Shown: positions 25,210-38,963, counted from the stretch's first letter. The stretch: 64,000 nt of DNA from Octopus sinensis (GCF_006345805.1 NC_043000.1:37014001-37078000), one strand, 5' to 3'. Numbers and translations: made by a program. The notes: generated from the sequence alone by a model not told the origin.

Positions 25210-26078
25210 GTAAAGCAACGCAAGGCAAATGTAGGTATCAGTTCATAAAAAAATGTTAAAGCTATTTTTTCGCAATACGACCTAAGTCCTTTGGGGTGCA
25301 GTTATTTTCCGGTTGAATTTTAGTTCCAATAGGTTGTAGCTTTCGAGAGACAATTACCGTTAGGAGTGAAACTGTTTGGAGAGGGAGTTTAATTCCGTTA
25401 CAGTTAGGGGAGGCATTGTTTTTGTTCGATATATTTCTGACATTTTAGTAGATAATGCAATTTTCAAAATGTTTGCGATTTGATTAGTTAATTTAATCTT
25501 TTTTGTCGGTTAAAAAGCTTATGATATGATTTATTAAAAAATGGCAAGAATTTCAATTTAGGAATAATTTGGCAATGCAGATCTCTAACAAAACATGTTC
25601 CTTGACAACACTCTCTCATCGAAATTTCAAAACTTCGATATTCACAACTGATTCATTCGGAAGGCAGAACTGAAAAAAAAAAATTTTTTTTCTCCACCAG
25701 TGGAAGGTCGTTAACCATTATTACCAAATTGGAATTGTTTCACTGCTTCCACAAAATCTGTAAAAGTGAAGAAATAATATTTACGTACATCGCTGGCTCT
25801 GCTGTCAGCCAGACTATTTAGTGCTTTACTAAGAAGGATGTGTATCAATTTTATAGAATCCTCATATCACTTATAGCCAAGCGCTCTCAAGGTACCACAA
25901 TCAGGGCTCATTCTATGAACGAACCTGCAATGTTCCTTTTTAATTTTTTCCTTTCCTTTTTCTTTTTGTACCACGAGTGACCAGAACCAGGAAAGTGGGA
26001 AAAGTAACATCAGAACATCAGGCTAACTGAATCACGCACGTCAAATGTTGTCTTCAGTATCCACTTATAAATGTACGT

Positions 26079-26400
26079 GGAGGCGCAATAGCCCTGTGTT
26101 TAGGGCAGCGGACTCGCAGTCGTAGAATTGCGGTTTCGATTACCATACCTGGCGTTGTGAGTGTTTATTGAGCGAAACAACTAAAGCTCCACGAGGCTCC
26201 GGCACTCTTTCACCACAACTTTCTCTCACTCTTTCTGTTGTACCTGTATTTCGAAAGGGCCAGCCTTGTCACACACTGTGTCACGTTGAATCTTCCCGAG
26301 AACTACGTTAATGGTACATGTGTCTGTGGAGTACTCAGCCACTTGCAGGTTAATTTCACGAGCAGGCTGGAACCCTCGTCGTCGTAACCGACGGAGTGCC
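26079..26400 (+). mobile_element. SINE family C
   Basis: tRNA-like head with A and B boxes; body ends CGTAACCGACGGAGTGCC; small internal deletion. Confidence 0.9.
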
Positions 26401-26967
26401 ACGATGAATTTACATAGTGAAGACCCATAACACTACGGAATGTTCACATACTTGACCTGTTATACTTAATACATCATGTTTTGTAAAAACTTACTTCAAC
26501 CACTTAAAATCTTTCTTCCATGAATATACTGTTGATACATACGTCATGATGGTAACAGAAAGTTGTTGATAATGTCGGGGAATGAAATAGCTTAGTATTT
26601 TGATGAATCCTGTTTTGAGTCTTATGTCTCATAGGGACAATTCTTCATTAATTTGGAAATACAATGTGTAAAATAAGCAACCTTAATCCTGGCGAGATTT
26701 GTAACTTTTTAACTGAATTTTGGTTAGAGTTGTATCAGGACCAGTGGCTTTCTTAGTTTTCAGTTCCTGCGATGTCTTCATAATGCCGTTTGCTTCCAAA
26801 ATTACATTCTGCAGTGTTGTAACAGAAGAGTTCTTACCAATTGTGGTTGGTCATTAGCATTTTGCAGATGTCATCTTTCTGTAAAGGCCTGCCAAAAGAA
26901 CACTGATATTTTTTATCTGATGTTTTCTCTGTATGTGTGTGTGTATGTGTGTGTATATGTATGTATG

Positions 26968-27001
<34 letters not shown>

Positions 27002-27187
27002 TGTATATATGTATGCATGTATGTATGCGTTTGTGTGTGTGTGTGTGCGTGTGTGTGTGTGTATGCATGTGTCCGTATTTTGCTCAATGATGGAATTATA
27101 TTAGCATTGTACGATTCACTGAAACGCAGTAAGGCGCAATTACGACTTCGATTTATAGAAAGGCGGTAACTAACAGTAATATATATA

Positions 27188-27253
<66 letters not shown>

Positions 27254-30189
27254 TATATATATAAAACAAGTATTGAATCTTTCAAAAGTTATGGAGAAGT
27301 TAATAAACAATAACAACAACAAAAAAAGAAAATAGCTGTAATAATAAAAAAAAAGTCGGTTCAGATTTTGGCACTGGACAAAATAGCTTCACACAATTTC
27401 ATCAGCAATATTAATAATCTATGAACAAGCTCTGTCTGTTGCACGCATTGGCTTCATATAATTGAATTTGTCCTTAGATTTTGAAAATGTCCACTGCAAG
27501 CTATGAGTTTGCAAAATGTCGATATAACAAAACGTTTCTGTTTTTAGCTGAAGGATTAGCTTAAAGATTGGAGCCAGATGGTGGCAGACAGCATAGTTTA
27601 ATCCAGCAAAAATCCATATTGTGGGGGTGGAAGATACAACAACACACCCTCATTGGCTCCTTCCTTATTCCTCATGCTCATACAAAATATACTTTCCGCA
27701 AAGCTCGTGCCCTAGTATGGCCACAACTTCTGCTTGAAAGAAGCAAAACTATAAAGTATACACAATTGAGGCTAGAAAAGAAAAAAAAAAAACGAAAGTA
27801 TTTTATAAGATTTGGATTCCATATATTACTCGGCAGGCAAATAATGCCTTTAACCCTCCAACATCTTGGGTTCTTCGTTAAGCACAAAAGCCACGAGACA
27901 AAATTTATTTTTTGACCTATTAATATTAGCTGTTTCTACCATGATTTCTTTACAACCACATCAAATACAAGTAATCTCGATTACGTCACACAATTCAAAT
28001 ATAGGTCATTTTGCTTACGTCACACACATCAAAAGTAGGTCATCTCGTCTAAATCATACACAGGTGGCTACTTATTGATTGATTTATATTTTATAATTCT
28101 TTTTACTGAACACTACCTTCACCGTTTACAGACTTGAGCTGCTTCACTGCATTTAAGACGGTGAGAATAATAAAGAAAGGTCTGCACCATTCGAGCAGAG
28201 CAAAAAGGGAAGAGAGCAGTTTGTAGCTATAGTCGAAATACACACACACACGTAAATATAGTCATGTGTGTGTGTAAACGAAACACAACATGAAAGTAAC
28301 TTTGGCTCAATGCATCGGGAAACATGAACGCAAGTAAAGGGCACACATGATAAAAATACGTAAAAGACAGGTGAAACGAAAATGTTCATCAGCTATGTCG
28401 CTAGGTATTCTAACAGTTTCTATACTTTGAAACAAAACTGCTAACTTGGTGGCGTCGACAAGCTATTGGATGCTGTAAGGCACAAAAGCAGGTAAGATAG
28501 AGTGGAAAGAAAGCAAAAACAGGGGAATGAGGTACGATTAATATTAGCGACTGGGATAGAAAATAAGGAAACCATAGTTGTTCATGTGATGCAATTAAAT
28601 GAAATAAAAGAATTCATTTAAATAAAATAAAATAGTAACCAGTTACGATTAAAGAAACAAAATAACAATGCACATGTACTACGCGGAAAGAAAAATAGAA
28701 TTGTGTCATCTCTGCCTATCTACTCTGCCTCATTTCCTTTTCAAATTGCCAATTCCTGCTTCCATCTCAAGCTCACCAAGCGAACAGATGTATCCTTCCA
28801 CTCTCCGTCAAAAAGTCTCTTAGCATTTTTTCTAACAATCCATTTCTTTCTTGTCAACATTGCTGACGGAGTCACATGAACAACGGAATCCACAGGTTCA
28901 ACAATTATTTTAAAGGCAACCGAAATACAGCTTAGTTATCTTAAAAGATGGCAAGAGACAAAAATCACTGCCACTGAAACTTGTCGGCACGCATTTTCTC
29001 TCTTCTCTTCTCTATTCAGACTGACAGTTTTATCGTAGAAGACTCAGCAAATGGCCTATTTTAAACTTCGGTGCGAAACGGTAATCTTCAATGTTAGTTT
29101 TTTTCCCCCGATATAGACTCAATCTCACTTCTTTGGAATCATTTAAGAGAACAGCATAAACACAACCAAAGCTCTAAAATGCTTACTCATAGATTATTGC
29201 AATCATCTCCAATTTCAAAGCGGAATTCCTTAATTTGATCCTTCATTATGGATCGCATGCGACTTTGCTATGTAATCAACATCACCGGAGCGGTTTATCC
29301 AGTCTAGGAGAGATTTTATTTCTTTCTTTCTTTCCATTAAAGCATTGATGACATTTATAAAAGCACGCAGTGGAGACAGCTACAAGATCTTCCAATCTTC
29401 ACACTCTCAACCTATCTTTTTGCACTCTCAATGCCAAAATCACGGCCAAGACAAAAAAAGCGATGGAGAAATAGTAAATTCCATCGTTAAACATATATCC
29501 TCTGCTAACCAGTTAATCGTGATTTTTGTTGTTGTTATAAACCGTGACAAACAGACGCAAGGTACCATATTAGGCATTCCTTCTCAAATCCAAAACTGCA
29601 AAAAAAATTCTATGCTTTAGGTCTCGACTGGGAACTAATCCATGACCCATGTATACTTTTGTGAGCGATCCAGTAACCCTGTAGTTCTTTTCTTTCTTGG
29701 GGAACTACAAATAACGTGGATATCCTTAAGGCAACTTGCAAATCCCAAAGCACTAGCTCTCTGAAATAACGAAGCTATGAGTTCATTCTGTGACATCTTT
29801 CTTGCCAGTGTTCCCTTAAATATTCCATAAAACATTCTATCCCCTAAGAAACTAAATATTTAATTACTTTCTCTACTCCTTGCGCACCTGTAGGCCCTCT
29901 GCTAAACATCCTTCTTCTCAATCTCTACCATAATAGACTTACAACACTCAGTATGTCATAACGATCTTTCTAAATCTTGTATAATCAATATACCCGGTTG
30001 GTGGTATGAGCTTGGACTTATTCAATGAAGCACAAATTTAAGTTAGCCATTTATCGTTGTGACATCGCTTGACGCGTTACAACCTTACATGTTTGTCTGC
30101 ATGGCCTCTTATCGTTTCTTGAAGGCTCATTTTCTTTGCAACGTGAGATTGCTGGCCCAACGTCCGACTATTAGAGGTTATAGTCGAAA

Positions 30190-30335
30190 TTTACAGAAGA
30201 ACAAAAGACGAAGACAGGTATATAAACAACAAGCAGGTATATTAATTTGACGCTCGGGAAGGTGAGAAAGTCTTTTGCGTTTCGAGACTACGCTTTTCAA
30301 CACAAGGAAATAAACAGAGAAAGAATAAAAAACTT
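30190..30335 (-). repeat. Penelope-pLTR-like repeat with degenerate minimal hammerhead
   Basis: Minus strand TTGAAAAGCGTAGTCTCGAAACGCAAAAGACTTTCTCAC is homologous to 43055-43150. Confidence 0.55.
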
Positions 30336-30790
30336 TTTGGCGTAAGCGGTCAATCATTAAATCATGAATGGGAACTGGTACTGGTTATTTTGTATCAGAG
30401 GATGCCTCTAGGGCGGTGGTCTTGCAGCACTCCACAGCTTTATCACCAAGCATACCCCAATTATAGGGCTAATAAACAGAATCTAATGGCGCGGTATCAA
30501 TCAACGAAAATTTTGATGATTCCTTTAATCATTACTTCACCTTCAAACTTTGATCTAAAAAAAAAAAACCTTATCGGCAAGGCTGCTGAAGAATAATTTG
30601 TGGGTGCTGAATACCTGCCCTTTATCAGAGCCCGCCAGCGTCACACTTCACTATGTCTGTTTTTAGAATGGCACACAAGAAGCTAGAGTGGACTTGTATT
30701 ACGCAAGGATATTGTGCACTCGAAATGCAAACCCAGATCAAGCCTAGAGGTTTGTTGAGATACACGCATGTGTGCAAACATATACAATTG

Positions 30791-30826
<36 letters not shown>

Positions 30827-30828
<2 letters not shown>

Positions 30829-31233
30829 CGCAGGAGTGGCTGTGTGGTAAGTAGTTTGCTTACAAACCACATGGTTCCGGGTTCAGTCCCACTGCGTGGC
30901 ACCTTGGGCAAGTGTCTTCTTCTATAGCCTCGGGCCGACCAAAGCCTTGTGAGTGGATTTGGTAGACGGAAACTGAAAGAAGCCTGTCGTATATATGTAT
31001 ATATGTATGTGTGTGTTTGTGTGTCTGTGTTTGTCCCCCCAACATCGCTTGACAACCGATGGTGGTGTGTTTATGTCCCCGTAACTTAGCGGTTCGGCAA
31101 AAGAGACCGATAGAGTAAGTACTAGGCTTACAAAGAATAAGTCCTGGGGTTGATTTCCTCAACTAAAGGCGGTGCTCCAGCATGGCCGCAGTCAAATGAC
31201 TGAAACAAGTAAAAGAGTAAAAGAGAAAAGAGT
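30827..31233 (+). mobile_element. SINE family B, full length
   Basis: Head GGCGCAGGAGTGGCTGTGTGGTAAG, B box GGTTCAGTCCC, CORE-like ACCTTGGGCAAGT, internal microsatellite, (GTAAAAGA)n tail. Confidence 0.93.
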
Positions 31234-31325
31234 ATATGTATGTATGTATATATATATATATATATATACATACATATACATATATGAAGATGGAGAGACA
31301 TGTATATACACACACACATATATTC

Positions 31326-31560
31326 TTTGATCTTTTTACGTGTTTCAGTCATTTGAGTGTGGTCATGATGGAGCACCGCTTTTAGTCGAACAAATCTACC
31401 CCAGGACTTGTTCTTTGTAAGCCTATTCTTTATTCTATTGACCTCTTTTGCCGAACCGCTAAGTTACGGCGACGTAAACACACCAACATCAGTTGTCAAG
31501 CGATGGTGGTGGTGGTGGTGGTGGTGGGGACAAACACAGAAACACAAATACACACACACA

Positions 31561-31634
<74 letters not shown>

Positions 31635-31668
31635 ATATACACGACGGACTTCTTTCAGTTTCCGTCAA
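31326..31668 (-). mobile_element. SINE family B, 5'-truncated, tail-to-tail with the preceding copy
   Basis: Reverse complement of 30960-31230 with an expanded internal (TA)n and a (GGT)n insert. Confidence 0.88.
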
Positions 31669-32299
31669 GCAAATACATTCATATGGCTTTCGTCGGTCCG
31701 AGCCTACAGTAAAAGACACACACACACACACACAGATATATGCAAATATGCTCAAGTGTGTCGATGTAAATAAGCGTGTAAGTGTGATAATGTGTGTATC
31801 GTTACTCGTCTCCGTCTTTGCCCAAACGCCATCTCATTGATTTCAGTATCAATGTCAATAGCAGCTATTGATTGTAAAACTTTTGTTTTCATTTGCTATG
31901 CTTAAATAAATATATTCCTCCTTTACTTCGCTTCTCTCTGATGACAGGAAATAATTTCATGTTGATCAAAATTCATTTCATTTCTCTATTTTCTATCAAA
32001 CTGTCTGACTAATGACTGAATTTATTAGTGGAAGCTGCATTCATTTGATTCAATAGAGACGCGTTTAGATTTCCCTTAAATATATTTCCAAACACCATCG
32101 GTGAATATTTATTTTTTCAGTTCTTTTAATAAAGCAGTTCAACAACCGAAATACATCTTCTGTCCAGGCTACACTTTGTACTCTAATCAAACTTTGATCT
32201 AAATGCTGCCCTCTGTAATATATAAAATCAGTTATTTCCATCACTCACTTCTATCTCTCTTACTTGGATTTAAATGACAATTATTCTCATTTATTCAGG

Positions 32300-32720
32300 A
32301 GCGAAGCGTCTCTGTCCTATTCTTCTAAGCTCATCTGGTGTCTCCTCCACCGTACCCCAAACATCTCCGGTCATCAACAGATACATGTCACGTGTTTTGT
32401 ACTAAAGTCGTTAATATCTCAGTTCTCACAAAATAATCATTTAACTTCAATGGGCACATCATACCCCACACTTTATTCCTGGTCCTCCTCATTCTCCGAA
32501 GAGGGCCAGCTCAGTTATGGCCTCGGTTATTACACACTTAGACTGTCAATCGAATAACAATGATCTCGCCCTCACCTTCCAACCTAATACTTTCCCATAC
32601 ATAATTGCTTGTATGCTTATTTGATAATCCAAGTTTAACCAAATAAAAGTAACACTCCGTGACCTCTACCCCCCAACACAAACCTCCAATACTTCAGATC
32701 AACCACCAAGCTCTAGTAGT
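32300..32720 (+). mobile_element. Possible very old LINE RT remnant
   Basis: Only fragments (DLALT after a YADD-like position; LQINHQAL). Weak. Confidence 0.25.
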
Positions 32721-33781
32721 TCTATACCGATCACCTCTCGCAGGGAGTGCGATTAACCGGTGTCCAATGTGAGACAATCAAGCAGACGATTGGTGCATCG
32801 ACCTAATCACTTCACAACTAAACAAAACGCCGTAACCTTGGAAATACTTTTGTGGCTTACCGGCTGATGTATCGGCATGAACAAAGAAAATGCCCAACAA
32901 ATCTTGTAACAAACCTCATGCAACATCTAGCAGAGAGGGTTTTTACTCACCTCATACGTAAGACAATCATCATGGAAGCAAATGTTGACTTTGTACACCG
33001 CGCAATCGGCACGATATCCTGCTTCCCAAATATCGTAGAGTTTATAATCTTACCAAGAACTTATCCAGTTTATACCTGGGTAAGACAGAAGTTTGAAGGC
33101 GAAGGTGGGATTACTGTTATTCGATTTGCCGGTGCATGATCTAACGCAGACGTTTGAGGGTGGTAAACGATTTCATAGTTGTGCCAAATATGTCAGATAA
33201 TGAAGAGGGCCAACGGTAGCGGGTGATGTGCACATTCAAGTTATCAAGTCTGACAACTTCTGAGAGATTTGAGATGAGGTTAATGCCTTCAGTGGAGAAC
33301 AAGAGAGAGAAAAATATCAGTTGCTGACTGGTAATGATGAGATCAGCAAAACAGGAGAGAGAAACTTTGAGCAAAAATAAATGAAATCCATAATTGAAAC
33401 CTGAGAGAGACGGGAATAGTTCTCACTCTCTCATCTAAGACAGCCCTATTCCTAGCACATTTTCTAAAATGTCAAGCTCAGTACTTCATGCACAGAGATA
33501 ACTGTTCTTCCAAAATACTCCACGATCCTTCCGTGACACTATCTCTATAGACATATTCCAACACAACGTCGGAAAAAACTACCAAACAAATCAAACCAAA
33601 TGCTTCAAAGTAACTTGCGGCCGATGTTCTTCACGATTCTACCATCGGCACTGAATTATACATACACACACACACACACACACACTTAACCACAATAGCG
33701 TTATAACTAGATATATGCATATACATATAAAAGAAGAAAAGAAAATGGAGAACAGGAAGTTAATAATTGTTTATTATAAAA

Positions 33782-34199
33782 GGCGGGGAGCTGGCAGAAT
33801 CGTTAGCACGCCGGGCGAAATGCGTAGCCGTATTTCGTCTGCCGTTACGTTCTGAGCTCAAATTCCGCCGAGGTCGACTTTGCCTTTCATCCTTTCGGGG
33901 TCGATAAATTAAGTACCAGTTACGCTCTGAGGTCGATGTAATCAACTTAATCCTTTTGTCTGTCCTCTCTATGTTTAGCCCCTTGTGGGCAATAAAGAAA
34001 TAAGAAACGTTCTCATGCCGGGCGAAATGTTTAGCGGTATTTCGTCTATCTTTATATTCTGAGTTCAAATTCCGCCGAGGTCGACTTTGCTTTTCCCCTT
34101 TCGGGGTCGATAAATTAAGTACCAGTTTTGTACTGGGATCGATCCAATCAACTGGTCACCTCTCCCAAAATGTCGGGCCTTATGCCTAGAGTAGAAACG
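33782..34199 (+). mobile_element. Dimeric SINE family A
   Basis: Same two-unit layout as 1064-1494; 16-bp TSD AATAATTGTTTATTAT at 33762-33777 and 34200-34215. Confidence 0.93.
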
Positions 34200-34539
34200 A
34201 ATAATTGTTTATTATTAACAGCAAATTGGTCATCTTCACTTACACTTATGAATTCATAATGATATTGATATTGATGATATTGTGCTCATGTTACGTAAAT
34301 GTAAATTTAATGTTTGTTGAGTATTAATTGAAACGGCTGTATAAATGAATATAAACTATATGTTTTTTATACATATACCTATTATTTTAAGGAAATTCAT
34401 TCCCCCAAAATATTAGGTATTGAACCAGTATTTCCTTGGATGAGGAAGTACATCCCTTCATGAGGTTTACACATCCTCTAATTAAATTTAATAATTATAT
34501 ATACATGTGTGCGTGTGTATGTGTGTGTATCCGTGCGAG

Positions 34540-34700
34540 TATAAGAAAGGCGTTTGTCCTACTGGTAAGTATGCTCGACTCACAATCGTATTCTTGTGGA
34601 TTCAGTTCCTGAGCAGTACAGTGCGTTGTGCCTTCGAGAAGGAAACTCCCATTTCATGTTGCTGTTGTTTACCCAGTCGAAAGCATGTGCCACTCTCTCT
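34540..34700 (+). mobile_element. SINE family D, degenerate
   Basis: GACTCACAATCG head and GCGTTGTG..GAG..AG.AACT core resemble 37841-37960. Confidence 0.4.
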
Positions 34701-34877
34701 ACCCTTCAAGTTGGCACATCCAAGATGTGCCACCTGGGTAAAAGAACAGAGTCGGAATCTTTATCTTGCTTGTGAAAACAGAGTCATTTAATATCATTAG
34801 CGAAAGCATGTACATGTCACCGAACAAGGCTTGTTCGTCAGCAACGTCTGGTTTTATGTGTGCGTGCGTGTGTGTGT

Positions 34878-34917
<40 letters not shown>

Positions 34918-35566
34918 ATGGAAAACTCAATACTATAAAATAGTGACTGACCAAATTTTCGAAATTAGTTATTATTGAATATTTTTGAGGTTAATGTATT
35001 CGACGGTGTCAATATTCCTGCTGGCAGCTTTCTTCCTAACCAATTTCTGGGAAATGCAATGATTTGTGAGATGGTGCTATCAGGTTTGTACCAATTTATT
35101 AATGTGATTTAAATAAATATCAGATTTACATTCATGAGAGGACATAAATATAACCAGATTTGGGATATGATCACAGATCGATAGCAAAGTTTCGTTGATT
35201 CTCTCTCTCTCCTTCTTACTTGTTCTGTCTGTCTTCCTCTCTCTCTTTCTCTCACCTCCACCAACGGAACCAGTCCCAGAAGGAGCTTACCATCACATTT
35301 TCTACACTCTAATTTCTGTATGTGTATACATGTATATATATATGTACATATATCGAGAGAGAGAGAGAAGGAGAGGAATAAATAGATAGATTGGAAAAAA
35401 AAACAGAACCGCTACTTTTAATTAACTTTTTCTATTGTCAATATGATAGACTCAAAAATGCTTTAGCCTGAACATATTTGTTCATATCCAGTATGTATGT
35501 CTTGTACTTCATGTTATATCCCCTGTATTTTGTTATATGCAAATATTTATATTTAAATAGGTCGAA

Positions 35567-36507
35567 ATGCGTAACCTTTCTGGTTTCCAAACAAGACAAA
35601 TTGTTGGTGCACGGATAGCTGGAGCCTCAGTCACTAAAAGCAACGTAAAACCATCGCTGGGCGGGAGGGGAAGCTCACCGAAAGGAACTAGTGAATAGTG
35701 AAAACGAATTTTGTCTAAAACTCATCAAACCACGAAACGCAAAAGTGGCCGCTATCTTGCTAACTTTTTCTTAAACGGAACCGGTTATCGTGAGTTCCGT
35801 CAATCTAGGGTACCGAGGGGAGATTGCAATTGCTAAAACACTCCTGTCCCTCATCAACATTCAAAAATGTAAACAATGATGTCTAACTTTTAGAATAGTA
35901 TCATCTCTGATGACCCGTCATTGGTATTTTGCCACTCAGGGTCGAGTTTATGCCTGGCGATAGCCCAAAACGGCCTTCATCACTGATGGTTTTACATCGA
36001 ATGCAAAGCATACAGGTATCTCTGCGATGATTTGGCCAAGCATATCATGGAATTCACCATTTCTCTACATGGCAGAGTCAACACCAAGGATTATCTGAGT
36101 AATTTTGATGAGAATGTCCATCGTCTGGTACATAATTCCCTGATGGTAACGAAATCTCCATGACGATAATGCACCGCTTGACACGGCTAATGGTATTCAA
36201 AATTGGTATAAGAGTGCACAAAAGGGATGTAACTACTGCGATTGGCTCTCACATCACTGGATCTCAGTATAATCGAACGTTTGTAGTACATTTCGGAGCA
36301 GCAAGTGAGGAGCCGCTTCTCTCCGCCGTAGTCAATGAAACAGATAAAGAGTGGATCCAAATTCTCCTTATACCTGTTCACAACCTGGACACGTTAATTA
36401 ATTCCATAACGTGTTAAAGCTGTGACTGAAACTAAAGTTGAAATAATTCCATATTAATTAATAAAACTTCCATTTAACATATTTCCATTATTTTGTCCAA
36501 CCCAGTG
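35567..36507 (+). mobile_element. Tc1 (DD34E-type) decayed element
   Basis: ATG 35567 gives MRNLSGFQTRQIVGARIAGASVTK (Tc1 DLSDFERGQIVGAR..GAS motif); RVYAWR; HDDNAP; 3' TIR-like CCATTATTTTGTCCAACCCAGTG. Confidence 0.8.
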
Positions 36508-36524
36508 TGTGTGTGTGTACATGT

Positions 36525-36904
36525 GGAGGCGCAATGGCCCAGTGGTTAGGGCAGCGGACTCGCGGTCATAGGATCGCGGTTTCGATTCCCAGACCGGGCG
36601 TTGTGAGTGTTTATTGAGCGAAAACACCTAAAAAAGCTCCACGAGGCTCCGGCAGGGTATGGTGGTGATCCCTACTGTACTCTTTCACCACAACTTTCTC
36701 TCACTCTTACTTCCTGTTTCTGTTGTACTTGTATTCCAAAGGGCCGGCCTTGTCACTCTCTGTGTCACGCTGAATATCCCCGAGAACTACGTTAAGGGTA
36801 CACGTGTCTGTGGAGTGCTCAGCCACTTACACGTTAATTTCACGAGCAGGCTGTTCCGTTGATTCGGATCAACCGGAACCCTCGTCGTCGTAACCGACGG
36901 AGTT
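36525..36904 (+). mobile_element. SINE family C, full length
   Basis: A box TGGCCCAGTGG, B box GGTTTCGATTCC, complete body. Confidence 0.93.
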
Positions 36905-37309
36905 CTTCCATGTGTGTACATAAATACATACAGTACACAAATATACGAGTGTATGTGTGCACTGTCTGTATTTATGCATACATACGCACACACACACACA
37001 CACACATGTGAGTATGTTTGAAAGTGCGCACCCTAGTGGCTGTCTACTTCACGACTACATAGGCAGCTACACAATTATCAAGTCACACACATTTGCATGT
37101 ATGTGCGGATGTGTATACTTATATTTATGTATGTATGTATGTATGTACGTCCATATGTATCTCTTTGTTTCACACACACAACTCTGAAGAGCATGTGGTG
37201 GCTACTTAATCACGCTGTGATCTGATATCCGGCGAACTAATACTCAGTGCGATACTGATTGGTAAGATCAGCTGAAATGGATCTATAATACTGTATTCTT
37301 TGATTTAGA

Positions 37310-37452
37310 TGTGCCTGTTGGGTAAAATACTGGCTTCCAAACCACATGGTTCCGAGTTCAGTCAGCTTCGACAAGTGCCTTCTACTAAAACCACAGGCCG
37401 ACCGAGCCTTGTGAGAGAATTTGGAAGACGGTAACTTAAAGAATCCGGTCGT
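37310..37452 (+). mobile_element. SINE family B, 5' half, degenerate
   Basis: AACCACATGGTTCCGAGTTCAGTC...GGCCGACCGAGCCTTGTGAG. Confidence 0.7.
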
Positions 37453-37714
37453 TTGTATACAGAAATCCCTCAACTACCGCGGGTGCTACGTCCTAAAACA
37501 CCCTCGCCATAGGTGGAATTCCGCGAAGTAGAAACAGCTCTGCATTGTATTTTTTTTTTCATTTTTTTGATAATTTGTATATATTTAATTTAATAGAAAT
37601 GCAAAATAACACCACGGAGGAATCAACGTAAGCTTAAATAATAGACCGCGATGTGGCAAGGGATTACTATATGTATGTATGTATGTATGTGTGTGTGTGT
37701 GTTGTGTGTGTGTG

Positions 37715-37748
<34 letters not shown>

Positions 37749-37775
37749 ATGTATGTATGTATGTATGTATGTATG

Positions 37776-37840
<65 letters not shown>

Positions 37841-37843
<3 letters not shown>

Positions 37844-38144
37844 TTAGTGGTTAGGGCATTCGACTCACGATTCTAAGGTCGTGAGTTCAATTCCCGGCGA
37901 CACGTTATGTCGAGCAAGACACTTTATTTCACCTTGCTCCAGTCCACTCAGCTGGCAAAAATAATTTGTACATTTCAAAGGGCTAACTTTGTCACACTCT
38001 GTGTCATGCTGAATCTCCCTCAGAACTACGTTAAGGGTACACGTGTCTGTGGAGTACTTAGCCACTTGCACGTTAATTTCACGAGCAGGCTGTTCCATTG
38101 ATCGTATCAGCTGGGACCCTCGCCGTCGTAACCGACGGAGTGCT
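37841..38144 (+). mobile_element. SINE family D: distinct tRNA head and core, with the family-C 3' region
   Basis: Head GGCTTAGTGGTTAGGGCATTCGACTCACG...GTGAGTTCAATTCCC; from about 37970 it is collinear with family C. Confidence 0.8.
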
Positions 38145-38189
38145 CCTTTATGTGTGTGTGTGTATGTGATCTCAGGATGGCATTCGATG

Positions 38190-38375
38190 TATAAAAGATA
38201 GATTAGGTACTGCGCGATACCCTTTGCATCCAGGAAGCAGAGTTGCTCTTGTTGCCAGAGATGCCCTCAGTATTGAGATATCTGTGCAAAAGCGTGTAGA
38301 TCCCTAAAAAGACTGAGAAGCCACTCCAGTGCTGCTCAAGTCCAGCGATGGGATTCATTGAATTCGAGTAACAAG
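38190..38375 (+). mobile_element. RTE LINE extreme 3' end with one decayed C2H2-like finger
   Basis: *DICAKACRSLKRLRSH (C-x2-C-x12-H with the first Cys as TGA); end TTCGAGTAACAAGCATCAT resembles 38940-38963; (CATA)n follows. Confidence 0.55.
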
Positions 38376-38446
38376 CATCATGCATACATACATGTATATA
38401 TGTATGTATGTGTCTGTGTATGTATGTATGTATGTATGTATGTATG

Positions 38447-38963
38447 CATCTCTCTTGATACATGGGAGGAGATAGCTATTGACCATAGCAGGTGGAGAAG
38501 GATTGTGTACGAGGGGACAGCTATTTTTGTGAAAGTAAGGAAGGATGTCAGGAAGGGCATCGCTGTTGCACTTCCAGATAGTAAGGTTCTTCCTATGATG
38601 CTGACATGCAGTGTCTGTGCAAGACCCTGCCTCAGTAAAGCTGGACTCAAGAGTCATCTTCGTAGTCATAAAGCGAGACAGATGAGTGACAAATGGCCTC
38701 TGGTGGTGGTGTTACACACTATACTAATCTTATCTGTCATGCATGTGGAAGGGAATGTAATTCGACGGGACTTAAACGACATGCAAAGGTACATGAAGCC
38801 CAGTTACAACTACAGCCGGCTATTGCCGGTAAAGGTTTTAGCTGCCAATTCTGTACAAGACATTGTAGATCTTTAGCTGGGCTGAAACGTCACGTTCGAT
38901 CACAGCACCAATAACAATTAAACTTCGTGCAATGGCCATACTCGATAACGAGGGGGCAGCCAT
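38447..38963 (+). mobile_element. RTE LINE 3' end encoding three C2H2 zinc fingers
   Basis: WEEIAIDHSRWRRIVYEG (RTE WE..A.DR..WR motif); CSVCARPCLSKAGLKSHLRSH; after a frameshift CHACGRECNSTGLKRHAKVH and CQFCTRHCRSLAGLKRHVRSQH*; end CGAGGGGGCAGCCATCAT. Confidence 0.82.

Noticed and set aside
32850-33360. Possible LINE APE-endonuclease remnant on the minus strand (VRLDNLNVH resembling GDFNVH)
   Set aside because: A single weak motif; not enough to call.
36525-36600. tRNA-like heads of SINE families B, C and D as tRNA genes
   Set aside because: They continue into SINE bodies and lack a proper acceptor stem and terminator.
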